Virus record (IMG/VR): IMGVR_UViG_3300006141_000002
DNA length: 64,000 nucleotides
Direction: 5' to 3' (one strand)
From: a virus
Taxonomy: Duplodnaviria > Heunggongvirae > Uroviricota > Caudoviricetes
Part shown: in pieces, positions 45,890 to 56,151 of the stretch
Numbering within the stretch: the stretch's first letter is position 1
How the letters are laid out: each line of letters opens with the position of its first letter
Position numbers and translations under genes: made by a program
Notes under the pieces: generated by a model
What the model was told of the DNA's origin: nothing
Seen by the model: only the letters and a program-made list of their open reading frames with translations
Databases searched by the model: none

Positions 45890-46294
45890 TTATCCGATCA
45901 GAATAATTTGGACGGGAATATCAATATCCGGCATTTCTCCGTCCGCTGAGATGATAAGTTCCCCATCCGCCTGACCAGTGACAGAGAGCATTGCTTCGCG
46001 TGCCATTTTTCGTTGCTCAAAAGTCGCATTTTGCGCCACATTGATTGTTCCGTTCTGCGACTGGCCGAGTCCATCAACATACAATGTTTGCACGAATGGA
46101 GAATCGAGACCTGCCCATGCAGAAGCAAGCAGCGTGCAGGAAATACACACGCTGCTGTCCGCTTTCATGCCAAGAATGTTGTCAATCTTGACCATGTTGG
46201 AATTGTCCGGTCCATTCATGGCTCTGCGCCATTCTCGAAACTTCTCCGTGCTGTCGTCTGTCAAATGGAGATCATAGTTTGTTGTTCCACTCAT
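45890..46294 (-). CDS. Tail-associated protein, C-terminal module paralogous to 46311-46736
   Basis: ATG 46294; NGTINVAQ...QADGELII..G..PDIDIPV. Confidence 0.7.
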   Translation of the reverse strand: MSGTTNYDLHLTDDSTEKFREWRRAMNGPDNSNMVKIDNILGMKADSSVCISCTLLASAWAGLDSPFVQTLYVDGLGQSQNGTINVAQNATFEQRKMAREAMLSVTGQADGELIISADGEMPDIDIPVQIILIG

Positions 46295-46310
46295 ATATGT
46301 CCACCCCCGT

Positions 46311-46736
46311 TTAGGCCAGCAGGATGGTGACCACAGGAATATCGATCTGCGGAGTATCTCCGAAAACAGCAACCGTTAGAGCGCCATCTACTTGGTTGCA
46401 CACATACAATTCTGCACCTTTGGCCGCCTCCATCTGAGAGTCAGTAATTTCCTGAGCAACGCCAATTACGCCATTATGTTCGGCACGCAAGCCGTTCACA
46501 AGTAAAATCTGTTGGCCGCTAACCCAACCATTCTTTGTTAGCGTTCCTCTAACTGCAACGCTGGCTCCGCTGCTGTTTGGGTTGATACAGGTACGCTTCG
46601 GATTGCTTCCATCATCATCTGCGGAATCGATATACAGTCGTCCATCGTCTGGTGTAAAGTAACACCAACCTGGATGGAGCGGAGTGATATCTGTCGAGAT
46701 GCGAGAGCTATCACCCTGCAAAATTTTGAAAAGCAT
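46311..46736 (-). CDS. Tail-associated protein
   Basis: GGAGG RBS; NGVIGVAQ...QVDGALTV..G..PQIDIPV. Confidence 0.7.
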   Translation of the reverse strand: MLFKILQGDSSRISTDITPLHPGWCYFTPDDGRLYIDSADDDGSNPKRTCINPNSSGASVAVRGTLTKNGWVSGQQILLVNGLRAEHNGVIGVAQEITDSQMEAAKGAELYVCNQVDGALTVAVFGDTPQIDIPVVTILLA

Positions 46737-46771
46737 AGATTAACCCTCCTCATCTTGAGTCTGAGTTTGAT

Positions 46772-46802
46772 AAAAGGGGCAGACCCGCAGGCCCACCCCT
46801 CT
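46772..46802 (-). terminator. Intrinsic terminator/hairpin
   Basis: GGGGTGGGCC-TGCG-GGTCTGCCCC followed by TTTT on the minus strand. Confidence 0.65.
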
Positions 46803-46825
46803 ATTCGCTGTTTGTTTATCCGAGA

Positions 46826-47656
46826 TTAGAATGCTCCCCAGGTCATCGCTTCATCGGCGTACTCCTTGATATACGCTACAACGTCAGTTGCGGTAGCATC
46901 TTCGGGCAGAGTACCCACCAGGGCCGCCAGGTCGGTAATTGCCTTATTCATGGCGGTGGCGTCATCTGGATGTGCCTGAATCCATGCGGCAATCTCAGCC
47001 AGAGTATCCAAAGATTCCTTGGCGTTCTCTGGGATGAGCTGCTTTGCCAGTTCCTCATTGGCGATAGTGCGGGCGGACTTGTCGGCATCGTCACCAATCA
47101 GCGTGTCCATCTTACCCTCTGCAGTAGTCACACGCTTGGTCAAGTCCTCCAACGCAGCATCAGTGGCGATGCCGTCGGTCTTCTTGTCCACATATGCCTT
47201 AACGGTGGCGAAGGTTTCGTCACCAATCTTCAGCTCACCCACCTTAGCCGCAATCTGAGCGTCCACATCGGCGGCTGTGACGAAGGTCTTGGCCTTGGTA
47301 AAGGTCAGCTTGCGGGTAGCAGGGTCATAGGTCACACCGTCCAGGGCGTTACCCGCACCAGTGGTTTCAACACTGGTAGCACCAGTGTCCAGGTTAATCT
47401 GAACATACTTGGTGCTGTCCCACTTGGCAAGGCAATTCAGCTCAGTCACATAGTATAGAGCGGTTGTGCTGGGATTCGTATTCGCCTGTAGGGCTGTCAG
47501 GGTGGCAAACTCCTGAAAATCACCGATACGCACACGGGTAGTACCGTCTACATCCAGGTACATGGCGTGCTCATCGGTAGTGATGTAAAAAGTGCCCTCA
47601 GAAATGGCCTCGGGAAGATTTGCCAGAAGCCCTTTCTTAAATGCTACTTTAGCCAT
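46826..47656 (-). CDS. Tail fibre-like structural protein
   Basis: AAAGGAGG RBS; N-terminal FKKG...FYITTD module; ESLDTLAEIAAWI coiled region. Confidence 0.75.
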   Translation of the reverse strand: MAKVAFKKGLLANLPEAISEGTFYITTDEHAMYLDVDGTTRVRIGDFQEFATLTALQANTNPSTTALYYVTELNCLAKWDSTKYVQINLDTGATSVETTGAGNALDGVTYDPATRKLTFTKAKTFVTAADVDAQIAAKVGELKIGDETFATVKAYVDKKTDGIATDAALEDLTKRVTTAEGKMDTLIGDDADKSARTIANEELAKQLIPENAKESLDTLAEIAAWIQAHPDDATAMNKAITDLAALVGTLPEDATATDVVAYIKEYADEAMTWGAF

Positions 47657-47678
47657 CCTTATGCCTCCTTTCGTGTTA

Positions 47679-47709
47679 CCCGCAGTGGAAATCCCACTGC
47701 GGGCTTTTT
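47679..47709 (+). terminator. Hairpin with T-tract on the strand antisense to the tail operon
   Basis: CCCGCAGTGG-AAATC-CCACTGCGGG-CTTTTT. Confidence 0.55.
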
Positions 47710-47716
47710 ATTTTGA

Positions 47717-48571
47717 TTACTTCGCAGACTCGTCGCCCAGGTCGCCCCAGACAACGCTTGCCATAACGGTATCGAGTGCAGCCTTATCCTCAGCGCTCAT
47801 AGCGCCAGCGGTGGTAGCGGTAGCGACAGCCATACTCAGGCCATCCGCCCCAACAGCAAGACCATTCGCATTCGCCGTATCCAGCTTGATAGAAACGGTG
47901 TTGCTGGTCACCTCAATACCGGCACCGGCTGCAACGGTATCGACCAGACCCTTCAGTGGGATGTAGATGTGTGTGCCTTCTGCATCGGCCACAGTCAGGT
48001 CAACATAGGGGTCGCCCACCTCTGCGCCCTCATAAGGAACACCTTCGGTCTCGACAACACCGAAGGTGCCGCCGCTCAGAACGGCGCTCTTGGGGATGTT
48101 GATATCATCGCCCACATAGGTGGAAGTTTCACCCTCGGTACGCTTCAGCTTATAGGTCTTCTCGAAGCCATCCGCCGGAGTCTCCTGCTCCTCGATTGCG
48201 AACTCAATAGCCACACCGCCAGCAGTAGCAGGAACAAACAGACCGTCAGTTTTCAGCTCGATGGCGTTGCCTTCCTCTTTGGAGAGCTGCACACCAATGG
48301 TGGTGCCATCCTCACCAGCAGACAGGATAACGCTTGCGTCAACCGCAGTCAGGCCAGCAGCGCCGCCAGCGGACAGCGCATCCAGCTTGGCCTTATCTGC
48401 GGCGGACATCAGACCGGACGCCAGGGTGGTGGCCTCGGTGCCCTTGGCATAGAGCACTTCACCCTTGAAGAGCTCATGAGTGTCGCTCAGCCAGTACAGG
48501 GTATTGCTGTCCTTGACGGTAATGGCATCATACTGGGCACGAGTACCCTGCTTGAAAATTACATTTGCCAT
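47717..48571 (-). CDS. Tail fibre-like structural protein
   Basis: GAGGAGG RBS; FKQGTRAQY N-terminus; GLMSAADKAKLD and GAMSAEDKAALD repeats. Confidence 0.75.
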   Translation of the reverse strand: MANVIFKQGTRAQYDAITVKDSNTLYWLSDTHELFKGEVLYAKGTEATTLASGLMSAADKAKLDALSAGGAAGLTAVDASVILSAGEDGTTIGVQLSKEEGNAIELKTDGLFVPATAGGVAIEFAIEEQETPADGFEKTYKLKRTEGETSTYVGDDINIPKSAVLSGGTFGVVETEGVPYEGAEVGDPYVDLTVADAEGTHIYIPLKGLVDTVAAGAGIEVTSNTVSIKLDTANANGLAVGADGLSMAVATATTAGAMSAEDKAALDTVMASVVWGDLGDESAK

Positions 48572-48631
48572 AACAATAACCTCCTCAACGTTTTTCTATA
48601 TAGAAACGCTCTCTAAGCGCCTATATCTTGG

Positions 48632-49561
48632 TTACATATCTTCCCACACATAAGTGGACTCGCCGCCGGGTTCGTCCATCCCGCCGTCTCCCATGTCACT
48701 CCATTCATCATTTGGGTTCAAATCAACGGGTTCAGGCACTTCGCCCGGTTCGCTATCAATGGTAAAGGTGAGAACCTTGTGCTCATCGACATGCGGGACA
48801 TAGACAGATCCGTTCTTACCAACAACAAGGCCAAGGTTCTGTGTCGTCTCATCATCGAAGGTAACGACGAGTTCACCATCTTCGTTGATCTCCATATTGA
48901 TAATGCCGCGAGCAGTATCTGCACGAACAAAAATCGGGTCGCCCAGCGGAATTTTTTCAAACTCACCGGTCGGATTACCTTCTTCATCCTTGATTTCAAC
49001 GGTAGACACCAGTTGAATCGTGCTGTCTTCTTCATTGAAAACAATGTTGTCAGCTTTAGCCGCAACAGCTTCGTCCGTTCTGTCAATACGTTCAGTAAGC
49101 GTAGCCTCAGCTTTCTCAACCTTATCTTCCATCTGCCTCTGCATACTGTAAATAAGGGATAGGTGTTGGTCAGTTATCACATCGTCCATATTAGTAGATG
49201 CCTGAATATGCAGAATGCACTCACCACTCTTGGCGATACGTGGCCTGTTATACGCGCCAGAGTAGATTGTCAGGAATGTTGTTACAGGACCGGCATAGCG
49301 AGTCAGTTTGCTTGTGACAGGCATCGTGAACTGATAGTAGCTTTCGTTATAAAGTTCCTCTCCGCGTTTCAGCAGATCAATATCTGCCGTACCATCTGCT
49401 CTAATATAGCTCAAATATAGCGTTGCGGAGGCCATATCCAGATCACCAATTTTTGTTGGAATCAGGAATGTGAGTTTTTGGCTAAGGTGATCCCCTCGAT
49501 AAAGTGGTTCTCGTGATGTAACTACGAGATTCATACCACTATCCAGTTTGATATAAAACAT
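48632..49561 (-). CDS. BppU-like baseplate upper protein
   Basis: GGAGGTG RBS; LYLSYIRADG motif; tail context. Confidence 0.6.
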   Translation of the reverse strand: MFYIKLDSGMNLVVTSREPLYRGDHLSQKLTFLIPTKIGDLDMASATLYLSYIRADGTADIDLLKRGEELYNESYYQFTMPVTSKLTRYAGPVTTFLTIYSGAYNRPRIAKSGECILHIQASTNMDDVITDQHLSLIYSMQRQMEDKVEKAEATLTERIDRTDEAVAAKADNIVFNEEDSTIQLVSTVEIKDEEGNPTGEFEKIPLGDPIFVRADTARGIINMEINEDGELVVTFDDETTQNLGLVVGKNGSVYVPHVDEHKVLTFTIDSEPGEVPEPVDLNPNDEWSDMGDGGMDEPGGESTYVWEDM

Positions 49562-49639
49562 ATATTTTAGCCACCTCCTCATATAATACGCACGGCTCTG
49601 TATGTCACCGCGCTTGATTCATAGTTTGAAAATACAGTG

Positions 49640-50578
49640 TTATTGTTCCAAAATGACATAGTCCACCTCATCGAGTGTCATATCATCAAAATCCTCTAAT
49701 GAGAAGTCGTCCATCTCATCCAACAGGCGGTATCTCTTGAGCATAGAACCTGAAATATCAGCATCTAACGGCAGAGCTGCAGTCTCTGGGCAAATCAGCT
49801 TGATAAGAATCGGAGTCATATCAGCCATGATTTGAATAATGCCATTTGCAGTCTCCAATTTTCTCGCTTTCGTACCAGTCACCTTGGAATCAATGGTGAT
49901 ACCGCTGATGGCACGCCCAAGAGAATGGGATAATCTTGTTCCAAGGATAATTGCCGTCATCTCAATGCCAGCAACAGCATCAAACCCTATACGGCTACAT
50001 AGATTATCCAGCGTGGCGTCCATGGACATACCAGTATTAGCATCAAGTATCAGCCCTGTTTTCAAGTCCTTATCTAACCCTGCGTCCATGGCTATTCCTG
50101 AACGCAGGGTAATGAGGCTCCTCTTGAGCGTATCTGTCACGTTGGCATCCAACATGATTGAAGCATCCATGTGTCCAAGCGATTTTGCAATTTTGGTCAC
50201 CAACGGTTCTACGGACATAATCATACCGGTCTCTGCCCGGTTGAGCACAGTAGCCAGTGTCACAAGATTTTCAACAGAAAGTTCCAGTGGCTCATTGTTC
50301 ATAGATAAGATATCCGTAGCTCTGAGTTCAACGGAGGCATCCATTGAAACAGATGCGCCAAGCTTCTCATAGCAGGTTTTAATCATTCGGTCAAGCCTTG
50401 CTGCAAGTTCCATATCTGACCGCATAGACGCAATCCGTAACAATTTGCATCCTTGAAGCGTCGCATTGAGGATCATACGGTCAGTTACAGAGATTCCGTC
50501 TCGAAAAGGAATAGACTGAATGAGAAGATCGCACTCTGTCAGGTGGCGATGCAGGAAAATATCAAAGTCCTTTGCCAT
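49640..50578 (-). CDS. Hypothetical tail-region protein
   Basis: 312-aa ORF in the late operon. Confidence 0.7.
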   Translation of the reverse strand: MAKDFDIFLHRHLTECDLLIQSIPFRDGISVTDRMILNATLQGCKLLRIASMRSDMELAARLDRMIKTCYEKLGASVSMDASVELRATDILSMNNEPLELSVENLVTLATVLNRAETGMIMSVEPLVTKIAKSLGHMDASIMLDANVTDTLKRSLITLRSGIAMDAGLDKDLKTGLILDANTGMSMDATLDNLCSRIGFDAVAGIEMTAIILGTRLSHSLGRAISGITIDSKVTGTKARKLETANGIIQIMADMTPILIKLICPETAALPLDADISGSMLKRYRLLDEMDDFSLEDFDDMTLDEVDYVILEQ

Positions 50579-50593
50579 ACGCCACCCCTCAAA

Positions 50594-50992
50594 TTAGACA
50601 GGGTTCTGCACGCTCAGGTTGAGGTAGTTCGCCGGAATAGACATGATAGTAGCTGGCTCAATGCTACGAGGGGTGGAGAGCTGCCCATACTGCAGCAGAT
50701 TGCCGCCAGTGAGCGCATCATAGATTACGAAGTGGGTTACGGTGCCCCAACTTGCTGTACTCTCATGAAAATCAATAGATTCCGTATTTGTTACAACACC
50801 GCCGGAAGGCTTGCTGAGTTTAGTCAGTTCAACGCGGGAGTACCCAGCGCCAGAAGGTTCGCTTACGTTGGTGCCAGTAATAGTAGGCGCTGTAGTAGAC
50901 AGGCCAATGTAATACTGTGTGGGCAGGGTAGTAGCAACATCGGTAGCATATACATTGCCCGCCACAACGTTCAAAAAGTATTGTGTAGTCAT
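50594..50992 (-). CDS. Small tail fibre/structural protein
   Basis: YIGLSTTAP, GYSRV, WGTVTHF.IYDA.TGGN motif family. Confidence 0.72.
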   Translation of the reverse strand: MTTQYFLNVVAGNVYATDVATTLPTQYYIGLSTTAPTITGTNVSEPSGAGYSRVELTKLSKPSGGVVTNTESIDFHESTASWGTVTHFVIYDALTGGNLLQYGQLSTPRSIEPATIMSIPANYLNLSVQNPV

Positions 50993-51049
50993 AGATGACC
51001 CTCCTTATCGAAAAATAGGCATAATAAATCCGGCCTCCTAATGGGCCGG

Positions 51050-51430
51050 CTATTTCTGGATAAAGCTCTTGTTGATATTGTTCGTGATATACATAAGACC
51101 TTGCCTCGGAATTTCCACATTACCGTTCACATCTCTAATTGTAATTTGGTAAATGTACTTACCGGATAATTCGTATGTCTCTTTGGGCGTAAGATCGACA
51201 GACAGGATGTTGAACGCAGACCCGTCCCCATTTTCGAGAACATCCATGGACTTATTCAATATTGGTGAACCCTTCTTGTTTGTAAAGTCCACAACCGAGA
51301 AGTTACTCGTACACCCTATCATGCTGAATGGCTTTCTGTTCTTGTAGAAATACACATTAAACAAGAGCTCCTGTGATTCTCCACCAACAAATTCAATCGT
51401 TGGCAAGGTGTATGGATTAGGGATATCCAT
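51050..51430 (-). CDS. Baseplate-associated (BppU N-terminal-like) protein
   Basis: GGAGGGGAG RBS before ATG 51430; LTPKET..LSGKYIYQI. Confidence 0.6.
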   Translation of the reverse strand: MDIPNPYTLPTIEFVGGESQELLFNVYFYKNRKPFSMIGCTSNFSVVDFTNKKGSPILNKSMDVLENGDGSAFNILSVDLTPKETYELSGKYIYQITIRDVNGNVEIPRQGLMYITNNINKSFIQK

Positions 51431-51443
51431 ATTGCTCCCCTCC

Positions 51444-51659
51444 TTACTTCTCTTCCGCAGTCTGCTCTTTCTTATCGGCCTTTGCTTCGGCTTCCACCTC
51501 TGCCATAAGCTGCTGCGTGATTGCGCGGAGATCTCTGATGATATCACCCATCAGGATAACACTGTCAGTATTCAACAGTTTCATACCGCCGGAAGATAAG
51601 ATATCCGCCAGCCTGTTATGATCGTCTGCAATACGATGTGCAAGTTCAATCTTTTCCAT
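51444..51659 (-). CDS. Small hypothetical protein
   Basis: AAGGAG RBS. Confidence 0.65.
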   Translation of the reverse strand: MEKIELAHRIADDHNRLADILSSGGMKLLNTDSVILMGDIIRDLRAITQQLMAEVEAEAKADKKEQTAEEK

Positions 51660-51677
51660 ATTGTTTCTCCTTCATAA

Positions 51678-54600
51678 TCAAAGAGACGCGAGTGCGTCAT
51701 TCAAATTGACAAATCTACCGTTGACACGGATGTGTACTTCTGAATTTATCCAAATGCCGTTCCCGGCATTGATCGCCATCCCTTCGGATGCAGAAAGTGA
51801 CATACCTCTGTTAGACTCAATACATGCCAAGTCCGTTCTGCGTACACCATCTGAACCATACCCGTCATAGATAGAGCCAAAGTTTCCGAACATGAAATGA
51901 GCTCCGTTGATTGTGCCGCCTTGAATATAGGCACCATAAATCCGTGGAGATGCAACAAGCTCATTTGTGATTTGTGTACTTGCGATGCTCTTGATTTCTC
52001 GCTCAGTCCACGTATTATTGGACAGCCATGTAATGTCGTTTTCAACTCCATCCATACGGGTATTGAAATTGTATAGCCGGTTGTCAATATTTCTCTGTGT
52101 CCAAGAAAGATCACTGCTAAGAGCAGACACATCACTTTCAACATTAGTGATTCTGTTCTGCACTCCACCAGCTAAGTGGCTCCATGAGATTGATCCATTG
52201 CTCAGCACAAGGTTACCGGTCATGTTTACATTCCCAGCAGAGTCTACACTGAATTTTGGATTGGTTTTGTTTGGAACGTAGATCGCACATCCGACCAAAG
52301 CAGCGCCTGAATTAGCCGTAAGGTTGCCACTAATGTTCGCAGCACTCAGGGTTCCAGTGAATGTGCCATTTACAGCACTTAAACTTCCTGAGAACGTACC
52401 GGTTGCTGCTCTCAATGCACCACTGAACGTACCAGTCGCTGCTTCAAGTTCACCGGCGAATTTACCTTTCTTCGCATACAAAGTGCCATCTTTTTTCACA
52501 TAGAATGGCGCATTGGCCGGATTGCTTGCACCAGCCCAGATAGCATAAGCGGAATGCACGCTTGTACCGCCATTCAACGCCACATAGTTGCCCCCGCTAC
52601 CAGAATGGAGATAACTGTTCTCAATCGTATATCCGCCAATCTTTCCGCTCTTGGCAAGCAATTTTCCACGGAAATATGCACTTCCATCATTGATATCCAG
52701 AAAGAAATTGGAATTCTGAGGCATCCCATCTGAATCAAATATGATGTTTCCAGATCTATCAATAAAACCTGGTATTACTGTTGTCCCATTCGTATCAAAC
52801 AACAGATTTGATCCACCCATGATTCCGTACTTTGGATCGATAATGATTTTCCCGCCATTATCCTTTTGTAGAACGAAGGTAGAGTTATTGAGCCATGCTC
52901 CTGTGCTGTCTACCTTAAACTGCATTACTCCAGTGTCGTTCTCATTTTCTATGATAAGATTGTTGCCGATAATTAACTTGCCGCCAATCACTTCGGCATT
53001 TACACCAAAGTATTCGCCGACTTCTGGAGAGGAAAACAGACCAATACCAACTTTCGCATGTTCCCAGTTATCATCCGTCATCGCAATCATCCCATTTACA
53101 ATGCGAAGCTGCAATCTGGGATTGCTTGGACTACTTACACCGATTCCAGAACCGCTGATAATAACACTCTGGTTTGATGCGCCAAGAATCATATTTTTTG
53201 CCGCATCCAAAGAATCGGACATAAATTTGGACACCGCAGACGCCTGACTGGAAGCCTGATTGTAGATGTACTTACTTGCATCAAAGTTACGGCTTGTTGA
53301 ATAGCTTGTCTCAATCATATCCTTCAACGTGTTCACGTTATCATGCCGCTTAAAGCGGTTAGAAAAAACGATGGAGAATTGACTGCGATCCTCGAAGCTC
53401 AGCTCGAACTCAATAATGTAAGGTGTGATTGTTGAATCTCCAACCTTCAGATAGACACCTTTACCAAGTTCAAGCTGATTGCGAAATGGTGCAAACTCCT
53501 GATTGAACAGAAAGTTCCCTGATTCAACCGAGAATTCATAGGTTGGCGTAGCAAGGTCGCTCAGTACACCAACAGCATAATCGTAAAGCTCCATTTGCAC
53601 GGAATACTTCTGATACTCGCTCACATTTCCTGTCAAGAACATAGAGCCAGTACGCGCCGTGAGTCGAAGCGTCGTACCTTCATTTGTGGTAACTTCATCA
53701 ACTGTGACAGCCCTAATATTGCTCGACAGACCGGAGTATGTGCCGATGATGGTTATATTCCCACTTGCCGCAGTCGTATTCCCAACACGGGTTGTTCCAG
53801 CATAGAAACTCATGACAAAGTTCCCGTTGCTTCTTGTTTCCAGTGTACCGCGAATGATATCGCCAGAGACGGAATACCCACCAGATAATGCGAACGTGCC
53901 GCCGGACATTACATACATTTTCTTTGAAAACGTACTTGTCAGGTCAACCATCGAAATGGAAGAATTACTGATAGAAACAACTTCATTGGAAAGTTTGTAA
54001 GTATTTCCAGATATCGACGCATCGACTGTTGAAGCCACAAACGTGTTCTCAGTAATATCCTGCTCAATCATAAAGTGAGATAGCTCCGCGTATTCGCTCG
54101 GAGTGAAATAATTTTTGATGGAAAGTCTGTCAACAACCGCTTTAATCTCAGCAGTATAAGAATCAAGTTCACTCTGGATTGTTCCAATAAGTGAATTCTT
54201 CGCAGAAATCTCAGACTTCTTGGCGGCAATCTTTGTATTGATATTATTCAGAACCGCCTGTTGGCTTGATATGCCTGCGCTCGTTGTTTCCATTGCCAGT
54301 GCCTGGATCGTAACACTCTGCTGACCGGTCAGGGAATCAAGTTCACCATTCAAATCAGCAAGTGCGGCCTGCTCAGCAAGAATGCGCGATGTGGCGGACG
54401 CCTGAAGTGCAACGAGCCCTTTGTAGTACATCTGGTTGTTGATGACGCTGCGCTGCCATGTATTCCATTTTGAAGCAAGTGCTCCAGATATGTCTCCATT
54501 GTGCATAAAGTACGACAAATCATAGAGCCAGTTCGTACCGATTGGATTAACAGCACGGATATCAAGATCATCCGCACCATATGGGCGAATTGCAGTCACA

Positions 54601-55286
54601 AGCTCATCACTCTGCTCTTCTATATCCATAGACTTCAAAAGATTCTCGAAATCCAAGTAGATTGGAAGATTCGTTATTTCTTCATCAGCATCATAGACGT
54701 TGATTGTTTTGCCGTATGTGTCAAATACGAACACACACCTGTACTTTTCAGGTGCGCTATTATACACAAACGACAGTAAATAATCATCATAATCGTCAAA
54801 GGTACGATACCGCCCAATCAGAGACGGAGAAACATATCCTACGCTCCACCCAACTGCAATTTCAAGAATACGGCCAAGCACAGTATTTGTTGGAGAGGCC
54901 GGATTCCAGAAGTTGAACGTGCCCTCTTCCAAAAAGAACTTTTTGGATTCGAGCGTTTTCTCGCGTGAGTACCCCTTGATATGTTTGACCTCGGAAATTC
55001 CATCTGCTTCGATGGATGGATTTAGGATTTCATAAATGCCGTAGCACTTAGTGTATACCTGCTTGTGTCCGGATACGGCCTCATAGAGCGGATTGTCCTC
55101 TCCGTTGATTTTAGCTGGCACATCAAAAGATATTTCACTTGGTTCCGAGTATTTAATATGCAGTTTTAGGTTATGCGCACCGGGGATTACCCCGATAACC
55201 TTATCGCTCAGTGTCGTCAGCACAAGCTCCGGCGTTTCTGGATTACCATCTCTGTCAAACTCTAATTTTGAGTAATTGAGATACAT
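51678..55286 (-). CDS. Tail-associated lysin/hub-like minor tail protein (1202 aa)
   Basis: Follows Dit-like gene; LVTAIRPYG, coiled coil, Gly/Thr-rich beta repeats. Confidence 0.75.
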   Translation of the reverse strand: MYLNYSKLEFDRDGNPETPELVLTTLSDKVIGVIPGAHNLKLHIKYSEPSEISFDVPAKINGEDNPLYEAVSGHKQVYTKCYGIYEILNPSIEADGISEVKHIKGYSREKTLESKKFFLEEGTFNFWNPASPTNTVLGRILEIAVGWSVGYVSPSLIGRYRTFDDYDDYLLSFVYNSAPEKYRCVFVFDTYGKTINVYDADEEITNLPIYLDFENLLKSMDIEEQSDELVTAIRPYGADDLDIRAVNPIGTNWLYDLSYFMHNGDISGALASKWNTWQRSVINNQMYYKGLVALQASATSRILAEQAALADLNGELDSLTGQQSVTIQALAMETTSAGISSQQAVLNNINTKIAAKKSEISAKNSLIGTIQSELDSYTAEIKAVVDRLSIKNYFTPSEYAELSHFMIEQDITENTFVASTVDASISGNTYKLSNEVVSISNSSISMVDLTSTFSKKMYVMSGGTFALSGGYSVSGDIIRGTLETRSNGNFVMSFYAGTTRVGNTTAASGNITIIGTYSGLSSNIRAVTVDEVTTNEGTTLRLTARTGSMFLTGNVSEYQKYSVQMELYDYAVGVLSDLATPTYEFSVESGNFLFNQEFAPFRNQLELGKGVYLKVGDSTITPYIIEFELSFEDRSQFSIVFSNRFKRHDNVNTLKDMIETSYSTSRNFDASKYIYNQASSQASAVSKFMSDSLDAAKNMILGASNQSVIISGSGIGVSSPSNPRLQLRIVNGMIAMTDDNWEHAKVGIGLFSSPEVGEYFGVNAEVIGGKLIIGNNLIIENENDTGVMQFKVDSTGAWLNNSTFVLQKDNGGKIIIDPKYGIMGGSNLLFDTNGTTVIPGFIDRSGNIIFDSDGMPQNSNFFLDINDGSAYFRGKLLAKSGKIGGYTIENSYLHSGSGGNYVALNGGTSVHSAYAIWAGASNPANAPFYVKKDGTLYAKKGKFAGELEAATGTFSGALRAATGTFSGSLSAVNGTFTGTLSAANISGNLTANSGAALVGCAIYVPNKTNPKFSVDSAGNVNMTGNLVLSNGSISWSHLAGGVQNRITNVESDVSALSSDLSWTQRNIDNRLYNFNTRMDGVENDITWLSNNTWTEREIKSIASTQITNELVASPRIYGAYIQGGTINGAHFMFGNFGSIYDGYGSDGVRRTDLACIESNRGMSLSASEGMAINAGNGIWINSEVHIRVNGRFVNLNDALASL

Positions 55287-55297
55287 GTTGCACCTCC

Positions 55298-56089
55298 TTA
55301 TGCCGACACGTTATACATGAGCCGGCCAGAAATCGTCAGCGTACCATTCCCAGTCACAACAAGATTATTATCACCGTGTACCAGACGGAAAAAGTTCAAA
55401 TTGAACCCGCCATACAAGTTGCTTTTGTTTGTCATATCTTGTATAATACCGTTCATGTTATCTATTTCTACAGTTGAAACAGACGCTGGAATACCGCTAA
55501 GCAAGAATTCCCTGTCTCCGTCATCGCGGTTGACAATACTTAGCTTTGATGTGCCAGATGCCGGACGGAAAGAAATATGCGGCTTAATGTACTCGTGAAT
55601 AGAGCTATTGTTCCGGAATACGATATTTGTTTTCCCGCTGATTGTATACTGATTTTCAAACGGATAGCCATACGCATACGGACAATCACACACCACGTTC
55701 GCTTCAAACGCAACAGGGAGCCAGCCATGCGCCAGTGGTGTCAGCTTTGTAATAAGGCAATGGAACTGCACCCACTCCAAATCAGGCTGGTCGATTGACA
55801 ACCATTGATACTGCTGGTGGCCTGTCAGCCACATAGAGATATTCTCAAGTTCGTACCGGTCAAGCGGTTCCTCTGCTCCGAACACCAGCTTGAACTCCAA
55901 CGGCTTCTGGTGGTAATTCACACCGAAATGCAGAGGTTGAACACGGAGATTTGTCCTGGTCTCGACAATAGATGCTTGATTGCCAAAACTGACGTTCCCT
56001 TGTCCGTTACCATTGAAGTCATAAATCATCAGGCCATACATCAGGGAAGATTCGCCATTAAAAGAAAATTCGTAGGAATTGAATGCCAC
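55298..56089 (-). CDS. Distal tail (Dit-like) protein
   Basis: GTG start with GGAGG RBS, directly after tape measure; FECDCPYAY-like motif and FFRLVHGDN. Confidence 0.75.
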   Translation of the reverse strand: MAFNSYEFSFNGESSLMYGLMIYDFNGNGQGNVSFGNQASIVETRTNLRVQPLHFGVNYHQKPLEFKLVFGAEEPLDRYELENISMWLTGHQQYQWLSIDQPDLEWVQFHCLITKLTPLAHGWLPVAFEANVVCDCPYAYGYPFENQYTISGKTNIVFRNNSSIHEYIKPHISFRPASGTSKLSIVNRDDGDREFLLSGIPASVSTVEIDNMNGIIQDMTNKSNLYGGFNLNFFRLVHGDNNLVVTGNGTLTISGRLMYNVSA

Positions 56090-56118
56090 ATCACATCGCC
56101 TCCTTCCAAATATGATTG

Positions 56119-56146
56119 TGGAGGGGAGCACAGTAGCTCCCCTCCA
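56119..56146. repeat. Perfect 11-bp hairpin between tape measure and Dit genes
   Basis: TGGAGGGGAGC-ACAGTA-GCTCCCCTCCA, no T-tract. Confidence 0.7.
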
Positions 56147-56151
56147 TAGAT

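Noticed and set aside
46776-46799. Third full IMH element
   Set aside because: Only the second hairpin is similar; no GCCGCCTCC or CCCCT/AGGGG stem, and it has a normal terminator T-tract on the coding strand
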